The notes: generated from the letters alone by a model not told the origin. Shown: positions 1 to 12,351, counted from the stretch's first letter. The stretch is 64,000 nucleotides of DNA from Takakia lepidozioides (GCA_030704615.1 CM060731.1:60388001-60452000); one strand, 5' to 3'. Translations and numbers: made by a program.

Positions 1-272
1 AAGTCAGGTGTCAAGTTTAGTTTGACACCTGAACCGTCTTATCTTCATGAGAGCGGCAGTCGCGCAGCTCATCTCTCTCAAGTTGAGCCTGCGCGACCGA
101 GCTCCTTCATGCGTTTAGATCTGAGTGTGCTTATGATGGGAGTGTAGGTTGTTGTGGGGTGGAGTCCCCTTAGCTTGGGGTGCCCCTGGCTTGACTTCTA
201 TTTTTAAAGAGTGATAGCGATGGATTTCATATTTCTTGTGTTGAGAGTGTGTGTCCTTTAGCTTTTCTTATC
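1..272 (+). repeat. 5' LTR (visible part)
   Basis: Ungapped match to 12915-13186 with 7 mismatches in 272 bp (6 transitions). Confidence 0.95.
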
Positions 273-287
273 ACTCGAGAGAGATGA
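273..287 (+). promoter_or_regulatory. Self-priming primer-binding site (Tf1-type)
   Basis: ACTCGAGAGAGATGA directly after the LTR is the exact reverse complement of LTR-internal TCATCTCTCTCGAGT (12983-12997; 69-83 with 1 mismatch). Confidence 0.8.
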
Positions 288-473
288 CCTGTATCTAGTT
301 TTCTAGTGCTAAGCTAGATGCGACGTTTTTGTTTTTAAGCACTATTATAATATAGCTTGGTCACGAGAGCCTGCAGGTAGACTGGCTATGTGTGCCTAGT
401 GGAGCATAACAGGAAGACGGGAAACACTTGAAGTGTCGCTGCAGCAGTTCAAAGCTAACAATATTCTTGTCTT

Positions 474-692
474 CCTGGCAGGCACTGCAGCAGGCTATCT
501 GCCTTGTCCTGAAAGCGTGGGGGGCATGTCCTCATCAACAGTTGCAGCATAGGAATGGCTTCTGCCGCTGCCATGGCTTGTGCTTTTCCCACCTCGGCAG
601 GACTGGAGGACCAGGCTTGACGTAGTAGGAACAAAGCCTCAAGTGCTGCTTCCTGTGCTCCTTCATTGCCAGCCTTTAGTGCACCCACCAGC
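474..692 (-). pseudogene. CSI1: Captured fragment of CELLULOSE SYNTHASE INTERACTIVE-like ARM/C2 gene
   Basis: [60 protein letters not shown] matches the pre-C2 region of plant CSI1/POM2. Confidence 0.8.
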
Positions 693-871
693 TGCGCGGA
701 GCTGCTCTAGTTACGCACAAACCTGTTCGGCATCTTTGATTTTGGACATGTCTGTATATTGCTCATTGTGTGGCTTCAGATTGAGTCCACCGTGACTTGC
801 AAGCACTCTCCCATGAATGAGCCTGTCCAAGCTTTTATGCACTTGGAGTTTCTCGCATGAATGTGTCAATG

Positions 872-1220
872 TGCAGCGGCGGTGAGAGAGGAAGGCACGA
901 GCCATGCCGGCAGGTCATGGATTGCGATCGCGCACCAGGGATCCGTTCTCGCGGCCATTCAGGCAGAAGGGGTACATTCACTTGACCACGTATCTGAGAA
1001 ACTACAGGATTGGAGATTATGTGGACATCAAGGTGAATGGCGCTGTGCACAAGGGCATGCCCCACAAGTTCTACCATGGCCGCACTGGTATCGTCTGGAA
1101 TGTCACCAAGCGGGCTGTTGGTGTAGTTGTTAACAAGCAGGTTGGTCCCAGGATCATTCGGAAGCGCATCCATGTGCGCGTCGAGCATGTCCAGCCGTCG
1201 TCCCGCTGCCGTGAAGGAGT
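872..1220 (+). pseudogene. RPL21: 3'-truncated intronless copy of 60S ribosomal protein L21 with 5' leader
   Basis: [19 protein letters not shown]...[12 protein letters not shown]...[14 protein letters not shown]; similarity lost after about 1215. Confidence 0.92.
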
Positions 1221-1399
1221 TTGTCCGCGCCACAACAGTGGCGCTTACTGCCGGTATTGTAGGTTTGTTTTGTTCCTCCTAAGTAGGGCATGAAAACACC
1301 GTGTTCTAAGGTTTCTCCTAGTGCATTGAAGCTACTCGGTAGGGTTGGCTTGTTCTGAGGAGGCTGGCCATTTTGGTTTTCGCTATCGCATATTCTCCG

Positions 1400-1467
1400 G
1401 ATTCTTGGGGAATATGTGAAATATGCCTCTATGCTCGCATAAGCCTGCTCACACGCTACCCAACCTC
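1400..1467 (+). mobile_element. Isolated right terminus of the MULE-like family seen at 44.3-45.8 kb
   Basis: GGGGAATATG...TGCTCACACGCTACCCAACCTC matches the ends at 45030-45082 and 45719-45777. Confidence 0.65.
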
Positions 1468-2185
1468 GAAAAAAAGGTGTAGATCCGCCCAATAGTGGTT
1501 CAAAGCCTGGTGCATGTCCGGCTCTCACATGTGCATCCCCCCAACACTGGTATCGACGGCATACATGGCACAATGGATATAATCAATATCGGATATATAA
1601 TGTATATAATGGATATAGATATCACAATCTGAATGTACATAGTTGGTTTTTTCGATACTAGACCAATATGGATAATGCCCCCGTATCAGCTTTTCATGCT
1701 ATTGGTACCACTAACACCACACCAATGATGTATTATTGATACCACCGTGGTATTCAAATATCAGATTTTTTCCATTATCAGTGCTTCCCTGCAAATTGCA
1801 ATCGCAGTATGATATGTTCAAAATACGATACTAATCCAACAGTGGTTGAAACCATGTGGTGGATGTCATAAAGGGTTCCCTTCCCACCGGAAGGTGGTAG
1901 CATGGAGTCATTTATTTATTACTATGATTTCCCTTGGGACCCAAGACTGACCTTTTCTTGTCTTGATCCATTTATTAAATACAATTAAATAATATAAACC
2001 TATATGTGATGCCTTGTGCGTTCAATTTGAGTAATAGGTAGGTAGAATAAATATGTCAAAATTTTAAAAAAATGGTGGGAAATTTTTTGGTCAATAGCAA
2101 TGTGGGAAGCCCTAAAATAGACTATAATAGAACAGCTAAGTTAAAACCAGCTATGCAACCATTACTGAGGGGGGAAAAAAAACTG

Positions 2186-2735
2186 GGGTAGCCTGTGCCG
2201 TTGGCCCTAGTGTCCAGTGTCATCTACGCGCAAATGTAAGATTTCTATGTATCCCAGTGTGTCTTCTATGTCGAGGCCCAAGTTCGACCTCTAGGATAGC
2301 CTGTGCCGTTGGCCCAAGTGTCCACTGTCATCTACGTGCAAGTGTAAGATCTTCTATGTATCCCAATGCGTCTCCTATGTCGAGGCCCAAGTTCGACCTC
2401 TAGGGTAGCCTGTACATTTGGCCCATGTGTGAAGAATTGACCAAGTGCAATTTCCTACGTATCCAAGTGCATCTCCTATGTCGAGGCCGAAGTGCAACCT
2501 CTAGTGTAGCCTATGCCGTTGGCCCATGTGTGAAGAATTGAATTATAAGACCAAGTGCAATTTCATATGTATCCAAGTGCATAACCTATGTCGAGGCCCA
2601 TCTAAGCCCAAGTGCAATCTTCTATTCATGTATCCAAGTGCATCTCCTATGTAGAGGCCCAAGTGTCCAATATCATCTAAGCCCAAGTGCAATTTCCTAT
2701 GTGTCCAAGTACGTCTCCCATGTCAAAGCCCAATT
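2186..2735. repeat. Degenerate tandem array of about 100-110 bp units
   Basis: Recurring TAGCCTGTGCCGTTGGCCC and CTATGTCGAGGCCCAAGT at about 2189, 2297, 2406 and 2507, decaying to shorter CTATGT/CCAAGTG subunits. Confidence 0.85.
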
Positions 2736-3889
2736 TATTTTTTTCCATGAATTTATTGAGTAGTAATATATCAATCACGATTAATATATCTCCCGTCGAG
2801 GCTCCAATCATTGTCCCAAGAAAGCCCACTTTGCTATTTTTTTAAGAATTTCCAGCGACAAAAAGTATTTGAAATTCCATATCTCTCACATCGCAAATCC
2901 AAAAATTATGAGACAAAGTCGGTGCACCCCTCCTCATTGAGGGCTGCTGAGCCGCATTTTGTTGGTTTTCTGAGACCACTCCAAGCTCGCAGCTTATAGA
3001 TATAAGTAGCACGCCTTCTGCTCCATGGGTAGATCTATGGTCGCCTGAAGTGTTTCAACATTCTACTGCCTATGGGATTGTAGGCAGAAATCCAAAAACC
3101 GAAAACAAAGACGAGGAGAAGCTCTGGATTCATGATGCAACTGGCAGGTGGATGTCACTGCTGCGTTGAGGGTTGCAAAAGGGTGTGCACCTTCATTGTA
3201 GATAAACGAGGCGCTTTGGACCCTTTAACGAGGCTTGGAGTTGGACGTTTTGAAGCTGGTTCCATGTCCAGCGCATGCTGTTGGAGCACCTGGTAGCCCA
3301 TCCACAATTGCAGTGGGGGCTGAGAGCTGGTGCCTTCGAGGATTCGGTGGTTCGGAGTACGAGCTGCCTTCGTTGCTGTTGATGGTGCTGGAGAATCGCT
3401 TGAGACAAGGGCCTGCGGGTACAAGCCCTGCTGGTGTGAGAGCTGCTGCAGGCAGTAGAGTCGGGCAGTAGAGTCGGCTGTTGGTGAGACGAGATAGAAG
3501 CACTTTGGGTCTTCAATCCTGAGTGCCTCAGTATTTGAGCGTTGTCGGCACCAGCTTGATTTTGCATAGACCTGGAGGGGAACGGCCTCGGGAACCCGTA
3601 GATAACCAGGGAACAGGGAACCAAGACAAGTATTGAAAAAGAAAAAGAAAAATGAGTTTTCTTTGTATTTGTTTTGTCTTATTTTTATTTTTTTTTAAAG
3701 GAAAAGAAAAGAAAAATGTGTTATGTTTAAAGAGCCTGGTTGGTCATATCTTTGTCAAATGAGCTCCGTTTGACTCAGTTTTTGGGGGGATAGCTGTAGA
3801 AAGGGGATATCTACCTATTTAGACCTGGTTTTTGTTTTTGGGACTCTGCTAAAAATCTATGGAATTTTTAGAGTGTGAGTGTGCCATGA

Positions 3890-4675
3890 AAGATCCACAA
3901 TCCTGTTTCTAGAACCTGTGTTGGTCTATATGAGAGACAAATCTGTGGATGTACTCCTTGTATGGCTGGGGGAAATGAGGACGTAATTGAAGGGCAGGTC
4001 TCTTCTCTTAGCCTGTGCACACAAGAGGACAGGATTTATGTTTCCCAAGGAACTTAGACTGATTTGAGTGGAGAACAGTTGGACGAGTTGATTGCATACT
4101 GGGAGTCAGGCATTAGCAGTGGACAACAAACTGCTGTAGTTGGCGTTGAGGGCCTCAATATTGCTTTGGACAGCCAGAACTCTGTTGGAGCCAGCAGTTC
4201 TGCAGCTGTAGGTGAAATACCAAAGTGGGTGAAAGCTAGGTTTGGAACACAGCCAAAGACAGCCCCGGGGACCAAGGTGTTCAGCCACAAGGCCGTGGTG
4301 TACTGAGCTACACAAGTTTGTGCAATCAGACAGCGTTGCAGCCGGACACGCTCTGCACAAGGCAACCACGAGCGGGGGTTCATTAGCGAGGACAAGTTTG
4401 TTCTGTTTGAAGGAGATGCAATCATTCGCAATGAGGACACCCGCAGCCGTCTCAAAGCTTTTGAGTTGAGAGACTATCAGACCCTACCTTTGTTTTCTTT
4501 AGTGTTTAGTGAGCGGGAGATAGGGGAGTATTGCTTTGTCTCTACTTGGCAGAAAGAGGAGGAGGGTTGGTTAGAGCGAGCTACTGTAGCTTGGGACAAG
4601 GTTAGTGGCAGGTTTCTGGACATAGATATACCTTCTACACCTTACCATCATGCAGAGCGAGGCACTTTGAGATAA
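3890..4675 (+). pseudogene. Decayed extra ORF (ORF0) upstream of gag, unknown function
   Basis: 262 codons in one frame with only two internal stops (TAG 4055, TGA 4304); C-terminus aligns with ORF 23832-24878. Confidence 0.65.
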
Positions 4676-5216
4676 GTCTGGCAGTTGATAGCATAGATCA
4701 GGATTAGATCTTGCTTGGTCGGGCTTCTATTCTTCCCCTCCATCTCTGTACTATTTTCATTACCTTGTACTTGTAGTTGCCAAAGCCTCTCTTGGTGGAG
4801 GCCAGTCAGTCCGGGGTTTTGGGCTGGGATATTCTGCAGGATCAGCATTGCAGCTGGATTTTGGTGTGGAGGTGTTGATGTTTTGATTTCTTGTGTTTGG
4901 ATCCCCCCCAACACCTGCATGCTTGACTGTGCGCCATGTTGGTTTTGTGTGGGCGCTTGCTTTCATAGGGATTAGGCCGGATTTGATCACCGGTCAATCC
5001 TAGAGTATGCTGTCGGTGGTGAGGCTGGAGTGATGACCAGCAAGACCACTAGTGTTTCTTCTATGGTGAGGCTGGGTTGATGACCAGCCAACCATAGGAG
5101 TTCTTGCGGTGGATGCAGGTGCAGGTGCCCTGAGCCATTGGAATATGACCCTTAAACTGCAACAGGTGCCTACCTGTGTCACTATTAGAATTAGTAATAG
5201 AGCCTTATAGTGTCAC

Positions 5217-6737
5217 GTGGGGGAGGTGCACATTGTGAGTGTCATCACGGAGTTACTCAGAAGTTCTGAGGGGAGTACAGCTACAGGCAGTAGCAGTGAG
5301 AGTGGGTTCACCAGACGAGGTGTTCGTTTCAGACCACCTTCACCTCCACCCTCAACTAGTGCAGAGTCAGACACAGACTCGGAGGCTTCATCAACAGGTG
5401 TACAGTTGCATTCGCCATTGTTGTGGGACGACATGGAGGAGATGTATGGAGCTACCAAGGGGCCTCGTAGGTACTCTGGAGCTGTGGGCACAATCGAGTT
5501 GGATGACTTTATCCAAGAGTGCGACAGCTGGTGTGATTTGCAGCAGATGCGCAATCCACAGCTATTCACCCCATTCATGGCGTGGAAGGGACTGTTCCAG
5601 CATTTGGAAGGCCCGCCTATAGACGATTACCACGAGTTCAGGCGAGGACATGAAGTAGAGATTGAGGAGTGGAGGATGTATTGGTCACCTGACTACGTCT
5701 CCATTACTCGAGGCACGACGCGACCAGTAGCTACATCAGTACCAATATCTCCCACTGCCAGCACTAGTAGTGGAACAAGTAGTGCCGGTACTTCTGCAGG
5801 TGGTACCAGTTCAAAAGGTGCTACTACTCCTCCTGCCACGACTACAACACATGTGCCTAGATTCAACCCGGTGGTGGAGTTCTTCCAGGAGTTGCGGAGG
5901 AACTACCAAGGTGTACGGACAGAGAAGCTGCGAAGTTTGCAAGACTTCCAGCGCAAACCCAGTGAGAGCCTGCGAGAGGCGTACACTCGTATGAGGCGCT
6001 TGATAAGTGTGACCCAAGGGGTTACTGAAGCTCAGGCAATCCAGTTTTGGTATGGAGTTTTGGACAAGGAGCTCAAGAGAAGGGTGCGAGATGCAACCCT
6101 GTTACAAGCAGCCCAACCCACATTAGCAGATGTGTTTCTGCTGGCTGAGCGGATTGAGCTCAACATGGTGGAGGAGCGAGTTGTTACCATTGGATTTGGC
6201 AAGGACATGCCTGCACGAGGCGCAGCTGCCAGCCCACAAGCACAAGGTACTACCCAGCCCAAGTTCCATGGAGCTTACAGTGGACCTCAGGTGCAGAGGC
6301 CCGTGGCATCTTTTGCAGGCCAACAGCAACCAGGGGTGATATGTTGGACATGTGGAGGACCCCATGTCAAAAGAGATTGCCCAGAGAGTGGCAAAAGGCC
6401 GGCACAAGTACAGCCTGCACAGTTGCAGTGTGGGCATTGTGGCAAGTATGGGCATGGAGATGCCCAGTGTTATGACTTGCATCCTGAGTTGCGCCCAGGC
6501 CAGTTCCAAGGGAACAATGGTGGCCGGGGGCAAGGTGGACCAGCCCAGAGAGGACGAGGTGGTCGGGCACGAGGTGCAGGCCAAGGGCAAGCTCAACATG
6601 GCCAAGGACGCGGAGGTCAGGGTGTTGACCAAGGCATGGCCAACCGGCTTCAGCAACTAGAGCAGAGGCTCGCTGCCATTTGCTACAGCTCAGGCGGTAC
6701 CGGCTCCCAGGTGGGATGGTCCACCTCCTGCTCCTGA
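5217..6737 (+). CDS. gag: Gag with two zinc knuckles
   Basis: Capsid-like QRKPSESLREAYTR, CWTCGGPHVKRDC, CGHCGKYGHGDAQC, RGG/Q-rich tail. Confidence 0.9.
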   Translation: MGEVHIVSVITELLRSSEGSTATGSSSESGFTRRGVRFRPPSPPPSTSAESDTDSEASSTGVQLHSPLLWDDMEEMYGATKGPRRYSGAVGTIELDDFIQECDSWCDLQQMRNPQLFTPFMAWKGLFQHLEGPPIDDYHEFRRGHEVEIEEWRMYWSPDYVSITRGTTRPVATSVPISPTASTSSGTSSAGTSAGGTSSKGATTPPATTTTHVPRFNPVVEFFQELRRNYQGVRTEKLRSLQDFQRKPSESLREAYTRMRRLISVTQGVTEAQAIQFWYGVLDKELKRRVRDATLLQAAQPTLADVFLLAERIELNMVEERVVTIGFGKDMPARGAAASPQAQGTTQPKFHGAYSGPQVQRPVASFAGQQQPGVICWTCGGPHVKRDCPESGKRPAQVQPAQLQCGHCGKYGHGDAQCYDLHPELRPGQFQGNNGGRGQGGPAQRGRGGRARGAGQGQAQHGQGRGGQGVDQGMANRLQQLEQRLAAICYSSGGTGSQVGWSTSCS

Positions 6738-8110
6738 GGGAGGAGAGGCATGGGATTTATATGCGGAGCAGCACTACCACTAGAGCGGGTGGAGTCTGCT
6801 GCAGCCGTGACTCGAGGAGCAGCACGAGTTCCTGAGCCACGAGGTGCAGAGGTGGAGTTGGATCCACAACGTGGGGAGGCAAGCCGTCAGGCGAGGCTTC
6901 CTCAGTCATTCACATTGGCAGAGACAGTGTCGACGCCATCCATGGCACCTAGTTCTCGCCCGACTGTTACCGAGGCGGAGGTTACTATGCCATTGGGGAG
7001 AGCTACACGTGCAGCACTGACACCTGCTGCCAAGGTCAGTGCAGCCGGTGTGTTGTTGGGGGCAGCCACCTCTGTGTGTCAAGCCCCACTGTTCTCGGCA
7101 ACCATGATTGCGACGCCGGGGGTAAGACCAGCTGCAGTGTTCAGACTAGCAGCAACACTCTGTGAGAGTGGGGAGGTCACTTCATCTTCTGCGGAGTTAG
7201 TGGAAGGTATAGTGGCAGAGGGATCCTCGGATTTGAGGGTCAAGACTGCCACGGCTGCGCCATGGCAAGCTGCAGTTGCCAGGTTGACGGAGCTGCCAGC
7301 TAGGCCAGCCTTTGAGCGCGCCATGGTGACACCTGGAGTTGTCTTGTTAGACAACCAGGGAGGCATTTTCACTTTGAGTGGAACGGCAGGCAAGAAGTAC
7401 CGGCCACTGCGGGTCTTGTTGGACTCGGGAGCTCAGCCACTGATGTTGGGCAGAGCTGCTATTGCAGGTTTGGGCCTCATGGAGGCTTTCAGATACAGAC
7501 ATCTCTGGGAGGATCAGAGCAGGCTCGGGGCATGACACGGCATCAGTTGGCCATTAGACTGCAGCCGGATCATCCTAGAGATGGCTCAGTGATGCGAGCC
7601 AAGGCCATTGTGACAGACGCGGTCTCTTACGATGTCCTCGTTGGTGGGGCAGTGTTATATCCCATGGGCTTCCCTGGACTTTTGGGAGGAGTCAGCATCC
7701 TACAGGCCTGGATGGCAGTCAGGCGATGGTCGCCGTGCACAGCTCCCTGTGACATTCATTGGGGGTATAGCGGCTGCCCAGCGGGGCAAGATGCCAACAC
7801 TAGCCGCCTTTACAGCTGCAGTTAGTTGGCCTGGAGAGTTGCTGGAGGGCAATGCCCATGCAAAGGATGTGCCACCTCCAGCAGAGCAGGATGACATGCA
7901 TGGTATGGCGGAGTTGCCTGCCATGGTTGCTCACACTCCATTGTGGGTACGAGCAAGGATTTGCAGCAGACTGCTGATGGACGGGTGCAACAAGCTTGGG
8001 TAGAAGCTTTCGTACCGTCAGGAGAGGAGGAGAGTGCGGTGATTGCACCAGGACCACCCCAGTTGTCGCCATTGGACACCACACCTCTTGTGTGGCAGTG
8101 CCCGGATGAA

Positions 8111-9060
8111 GGCATATGCCTTCTGGACTTGTTTGGCGGGATCAGCACTGGATTGGCTGCAGTGCTGCAGGCAGGTGTACGAGTTCGACGTTACCTGTAT
8201 GTGGAGAGGGATGAGACTGCACGACGCGTCTCACTGCGCCATGTTGCTCAGTTGGTACAGCAATACCCTGACTTGTTGCCAGTGTCTGCAGTTCGTGGAT
8301 ACCAACAAGCCTTGCCAGCAGACATTTCTTGCTGGGGGCGCAGGATTTGGAGCAGGTTGGCTCCATTGATCTGGTAGTGGCAGGTTGGCCCTGCCAAGGG
8401 CATTCATCAGCCGGGCATGGCAATGGATTGCGAGACTCGAGGACGGGTCTGTTTTGGGAGATGGTGCGGATTTTGCGCTACTTGCAGCTTCATCAAGCTG
8501 TAGCTCCAGCATACATCTTGGAGAATGTGCCACTGATGGGTGATTCTCGGGCCAGGGTGATGGCCAGTGTGCATCAAGTCCGGTCGTGGCATGGGTCAGC
8601 AGTGTTGCTGGATGCAGCTGTAGTGGGGTCACGGGCTCATCGTCCACGGCTTTGGTGGACTAACTTGATGCCACCTGCACTACTCAAGCGTGCATTTGAT
8701 GGGGTGCAGCGGCCAGCACACCTCACCGTGGATGACATTTTGGACACAGGGAGGCAGTCTCAACGTGTGAGACACGATGACCGTTCGCCTTTGGCAGTGG
8801 TCAACAGGGTGGGTCAACCACGAGCAGCATTACCTACACTGCTCAGCTTCCCAGGATCCCATGCTTTTCGGGATGGTGGACCTGGCCTCCTGTGGGATGC
8901 TCAGTTGCAGCAGTTAGTGGAGCCTAATGCCAACGAGCGAGAGCGGGCTATGGGGTTTTCCACTGGGACCACGGCGGTGCTTTCTCTTTCTGAGGCATCA
9001 CGACGTCAGGTGTTGGGGCAAGCAATGGATCTCAATTGCTTGACCTGGATTATCAGCTTG
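8111..9060 (+). other. DNMT3-type C5 cytosine methyltransferase domain inside pol
   Basis: Motif I LDLFGGISTG, IV AGWPCQG, VI ILENV, VIII AHRPRLWWTNL, IX ERERAMGF, X RRQVLGQAM; 1-bp frameshift at about 8329. Confidence 0.93.
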
Positions 9061-12000
9061 GCTATGGCTGAGCAACGTAGAGTGCGGAGTGCACTCCCCT
9101 TCATGGTCTCTCTGCCTACCGAGATGGTACAGGCAGCGAGTGGGGGCGAGCCGGTGAGGACCACGGGGTGTAGACATCCATGGCACACGTGGGAGGTGCT
9201 CGAGGTTCAGAGGGAGTTGGCAGCCAAGGCAGCTGTGATGGATGAGGTTGGGGATTCTTCTCGGGATGAGGAGGTTCTCAATGATGAGATGATGGGGCAG
9301 GATGAGGCCTTGTCATTGACTGAGCAGGAAGGGAGTACTGCTCAAGAGGTTGCAGCATAGCAACCACGGGACGCGTCCTCTACCTCTAAGCCCACTGGAC
9401 TTAAGGTTGCAGTTACGGAGGACAATTGGGAGCCTGACATTGGACCCATTGTCACCGGAGGAGAGAGACGATGTATACGGCGGTTCCTGAGGGCTTACAT
9501 GAATTGCTTTGCCTTCAGTTTGAAGGACTTGGGAGCACTGAAGGGTCAAGAGATCCGTATTGAGTTGGCCACTGACACGCCAATCTTTCGGAGACCCTAT
9601 AGATACAGTGACATAGAGAGGTCTTTGATTCAGATGAGGACTCAAGATCTCTGGGAGGCAGGTTTGGTGGAGCTCTCTGGTGGAGAGTATGCTTCAGCCA
9701 CAGTGATGCCAGCCAAGAAGGATGTCTATGGCAATTGGACGGAGAGACGTATGTGCGGTGATTACCGGCCTGTAAATCGTCAGACCAAGTCCGATAGGTA
9801 TGCCATGCCGACACCAGAGGAGATCTTTGATGCCATTGGGCATTCCAAGGTCTTTAGCACGTTGGATTTACGATCCGGATATCACCAGTTGCCGATCAAG
9901 GAGGCGGATAAGCAAAAGACGACATTCTGGGGGATCAATGAGCACGGGAAGGATTGCCTATACCAGTGGCGGTTCTTACCATTTGGGCTTAAAAACGCTC
10001 CCGCTGAGTTTCAAAGAGTCATGGACAGGATTCTAGCAGGGGTGGAGTTTGCTCGGTGCTACATAGATGACATCATCATCTTTAGTGCTACGGTGGAGGA
10101 GCATGAGAGACACCTTCAGGGGGTATTTGAGCGCTTGAGGGCGCACGGATTGAAGTTACATCCGGGAAAGTGCAAGTTTTTCCACAACCAGATTGAGTAT
10201 CTGGGTCACATGATATATCCTGGAGGATTAGGGGTACAATAGACTAAGGTAGAGTCCATTGCACAGGTTCCACGCCCCACGGATGTGAGCCGAGTTTGAG
10301 CTTTCATGGGGTTAGCAAACTATTACAGACGGTTTGTTAAGGGATTTAGTGCCATTGCAAAGGCTCTAACCAAGCTGACCAAGGTGGACTAGGAGTGGCA
10401 GTGGGAAGATGAGTAAGAACAAGCTTTTCAAGAGCTCAAGGCGAGGTTGACCTCGGCGCCCATCTTGAGACGACCTATCAGGGGGCGTCCTTTTCAGCTG
10501 CATACAGATTGGAGCATGCTGGGGCTTGGAGCGGTGCTCACACAGGTGGATGATGAGGGAAGAGAGTTCGTAGTGGCTTATGCTAGCTGCTCGAACAATG
10601 CTGTAGAGTCTAAGTATAGCTCATATGAGGGAGAATGATTAGGTGCAGTGTGGGCCGTGGCACACTTCAGGTGCTATCTATACGGCAATCTCTTCACCCT
10701 TGTCACGGATCACCAACCAGTCAAGTGGTTGATGGAGTCAGACAAGCTTACGGGGAAGCTTGCACGGTGGGCACTCATCCTTCAAGAGTATGACTTTCAG
10801 GTGGTGCATCGACCGGGTTTGGTCAATCGCAATGCAGATGGGTTGAGTCGCAATCCATGCACGAGCCAGCAGGATGACACTGGAGCTCGGTGGCATGGTG
10901 AGATGGACGAGGAGATGGTGCCCGGATGGCATGCATCTGCATTTCTGTGTATCTTGGCAGCGGAAGGCCAGGTTGGACCTGCAACAGGGATGACTGTAGA
11001 TCAAGTGTCTGAGGACCCTGAGGCCAGCAATGAGCAAGGTGGCGCCAAAGATATACATGAGGATTCAGTTGTGTTGGACTACCTCCGCACTGGAGACACT
11101 GCAGCCACTATGACTGCCAAGGAGAGGGATCGGATCCTACAACGAGCCAAGAGGTTTAGGTGGGAGGGGACACATCTGCTCCGAGTGTGGGAGGATGGTC
11201 GAGTGAGGATTGTGCCTCACCCAACACAGCGGGCACGGTTAGTGCGGCATGCCCATGAGGAGTTGGGGCATTTTGGGGTGCGACGCACTCATAGTCTACT
11301 GCAGGGGCAGTATTGGTGGCGTGGTATGCACACAGAGGTGCAACAATTTGTGGCTAGGTGCATGGTGTGTGACAAGGTGCGTGCTTCATTCAACGCCCCT
11401 ACTCCACAATTGCACCCTCTTCCGATCATGGGATTGGGCTACAGGTGGAGTCTTGACTTCGCAGGGCCGTTGCCACTGACCATGCGCCACAACAAGTACG
11501 TGTTGCTGATGGTGGAGCACTTCTCCAAGTGGATTGAATTGGTTCCATTGCCTGATAAGGCTAGTGAGGGAGCTGCGTATGCATTCTTGGATTGTGTGCT
11601 TAGCCGATTCGGTGCTCCAGCTGAGGTACTCACGGACCAAGGGAGAGAGTTCTTGGGGGAGTTTCAGGCTTTGTGTGACAAGGCCTTCATAGACCACCGC
11701 ACCACTTCTCGGGATCATCCTGAGACCGATGGCTTGGCAGAGAGAGTTGTTCAGACAGTAAAGAGGGGTTTGCGCAAGTATGGCTTGCAGAAGGGACACC
11801 TAGGAGATTGGGACCTTCAGTTATCCTGGTTAGCCATGGGCTACAGGTTCAGCAAGCAAGCATCACTTGTCTCCTTCTCACCATACTTTCTTCTCTTTGG
11901 CCGAGAGCCGGATTTGCCTACATCCATTCGCAGAGAAGCTGCTATAGTTCTTAACCTTGACGATCCGGACGTGTGGGCACGTGCATGTGAGCAGCGTGCA

Positions 12001-12351
12001 GAGTTGTTCAAGAGAGTCATGCCCATGGCTTTCGAGAACCTTGCCATTGCACAACACCGTGATACGTTGAGGTATGCTACCATACGTGGTGAGGGCTATC
12101 GTCCTAGGGTTCAGAGATTCAACCCTGGTGACTATGTCTATCTGTAGCAGACTGCTCCTACGACCCTGGATGTGACTACAGGACGTGTTATTTTGAGGGT
12201 TCGAGAGGTCTTGCCCTCAGGCGTCTTGGTCTCGGAGGGTCGGGATGGCATAACTTGGAAGGACCATGTGCGTAATTGTGCGCCATGTCACCTTCCGAAT
12301 GTCGATGGCAGGATTGACCAAAACCTGGCAGTGGTATCTGCAGGTTTGAGG

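Noticed and set aside
358-371. TGGTCACGAGAGCC as a tRNA-Met PBS
   Set aside because: Poor match to TGGTATCAGAGC and 85 bp from the LTR end; the self-priming site abuts the LTR
835-1233. 132-aa minus-strand ORF
   Set aside because: Antisense shadow of RPL21; the same applies to the many short ORFs opposite gag/pol, PPR and helicase exons
3155-3624. Overlapping ORFs in the Gypsy leader
   Set aside because: Low-complexity with no recognisable motif
7943-9360. Bacterial restriction-modification gene or contamination
   Set aside because: In frame with retrotransposon pol, DNMT3-like motifs, and flanked by LTRs in plant DNA
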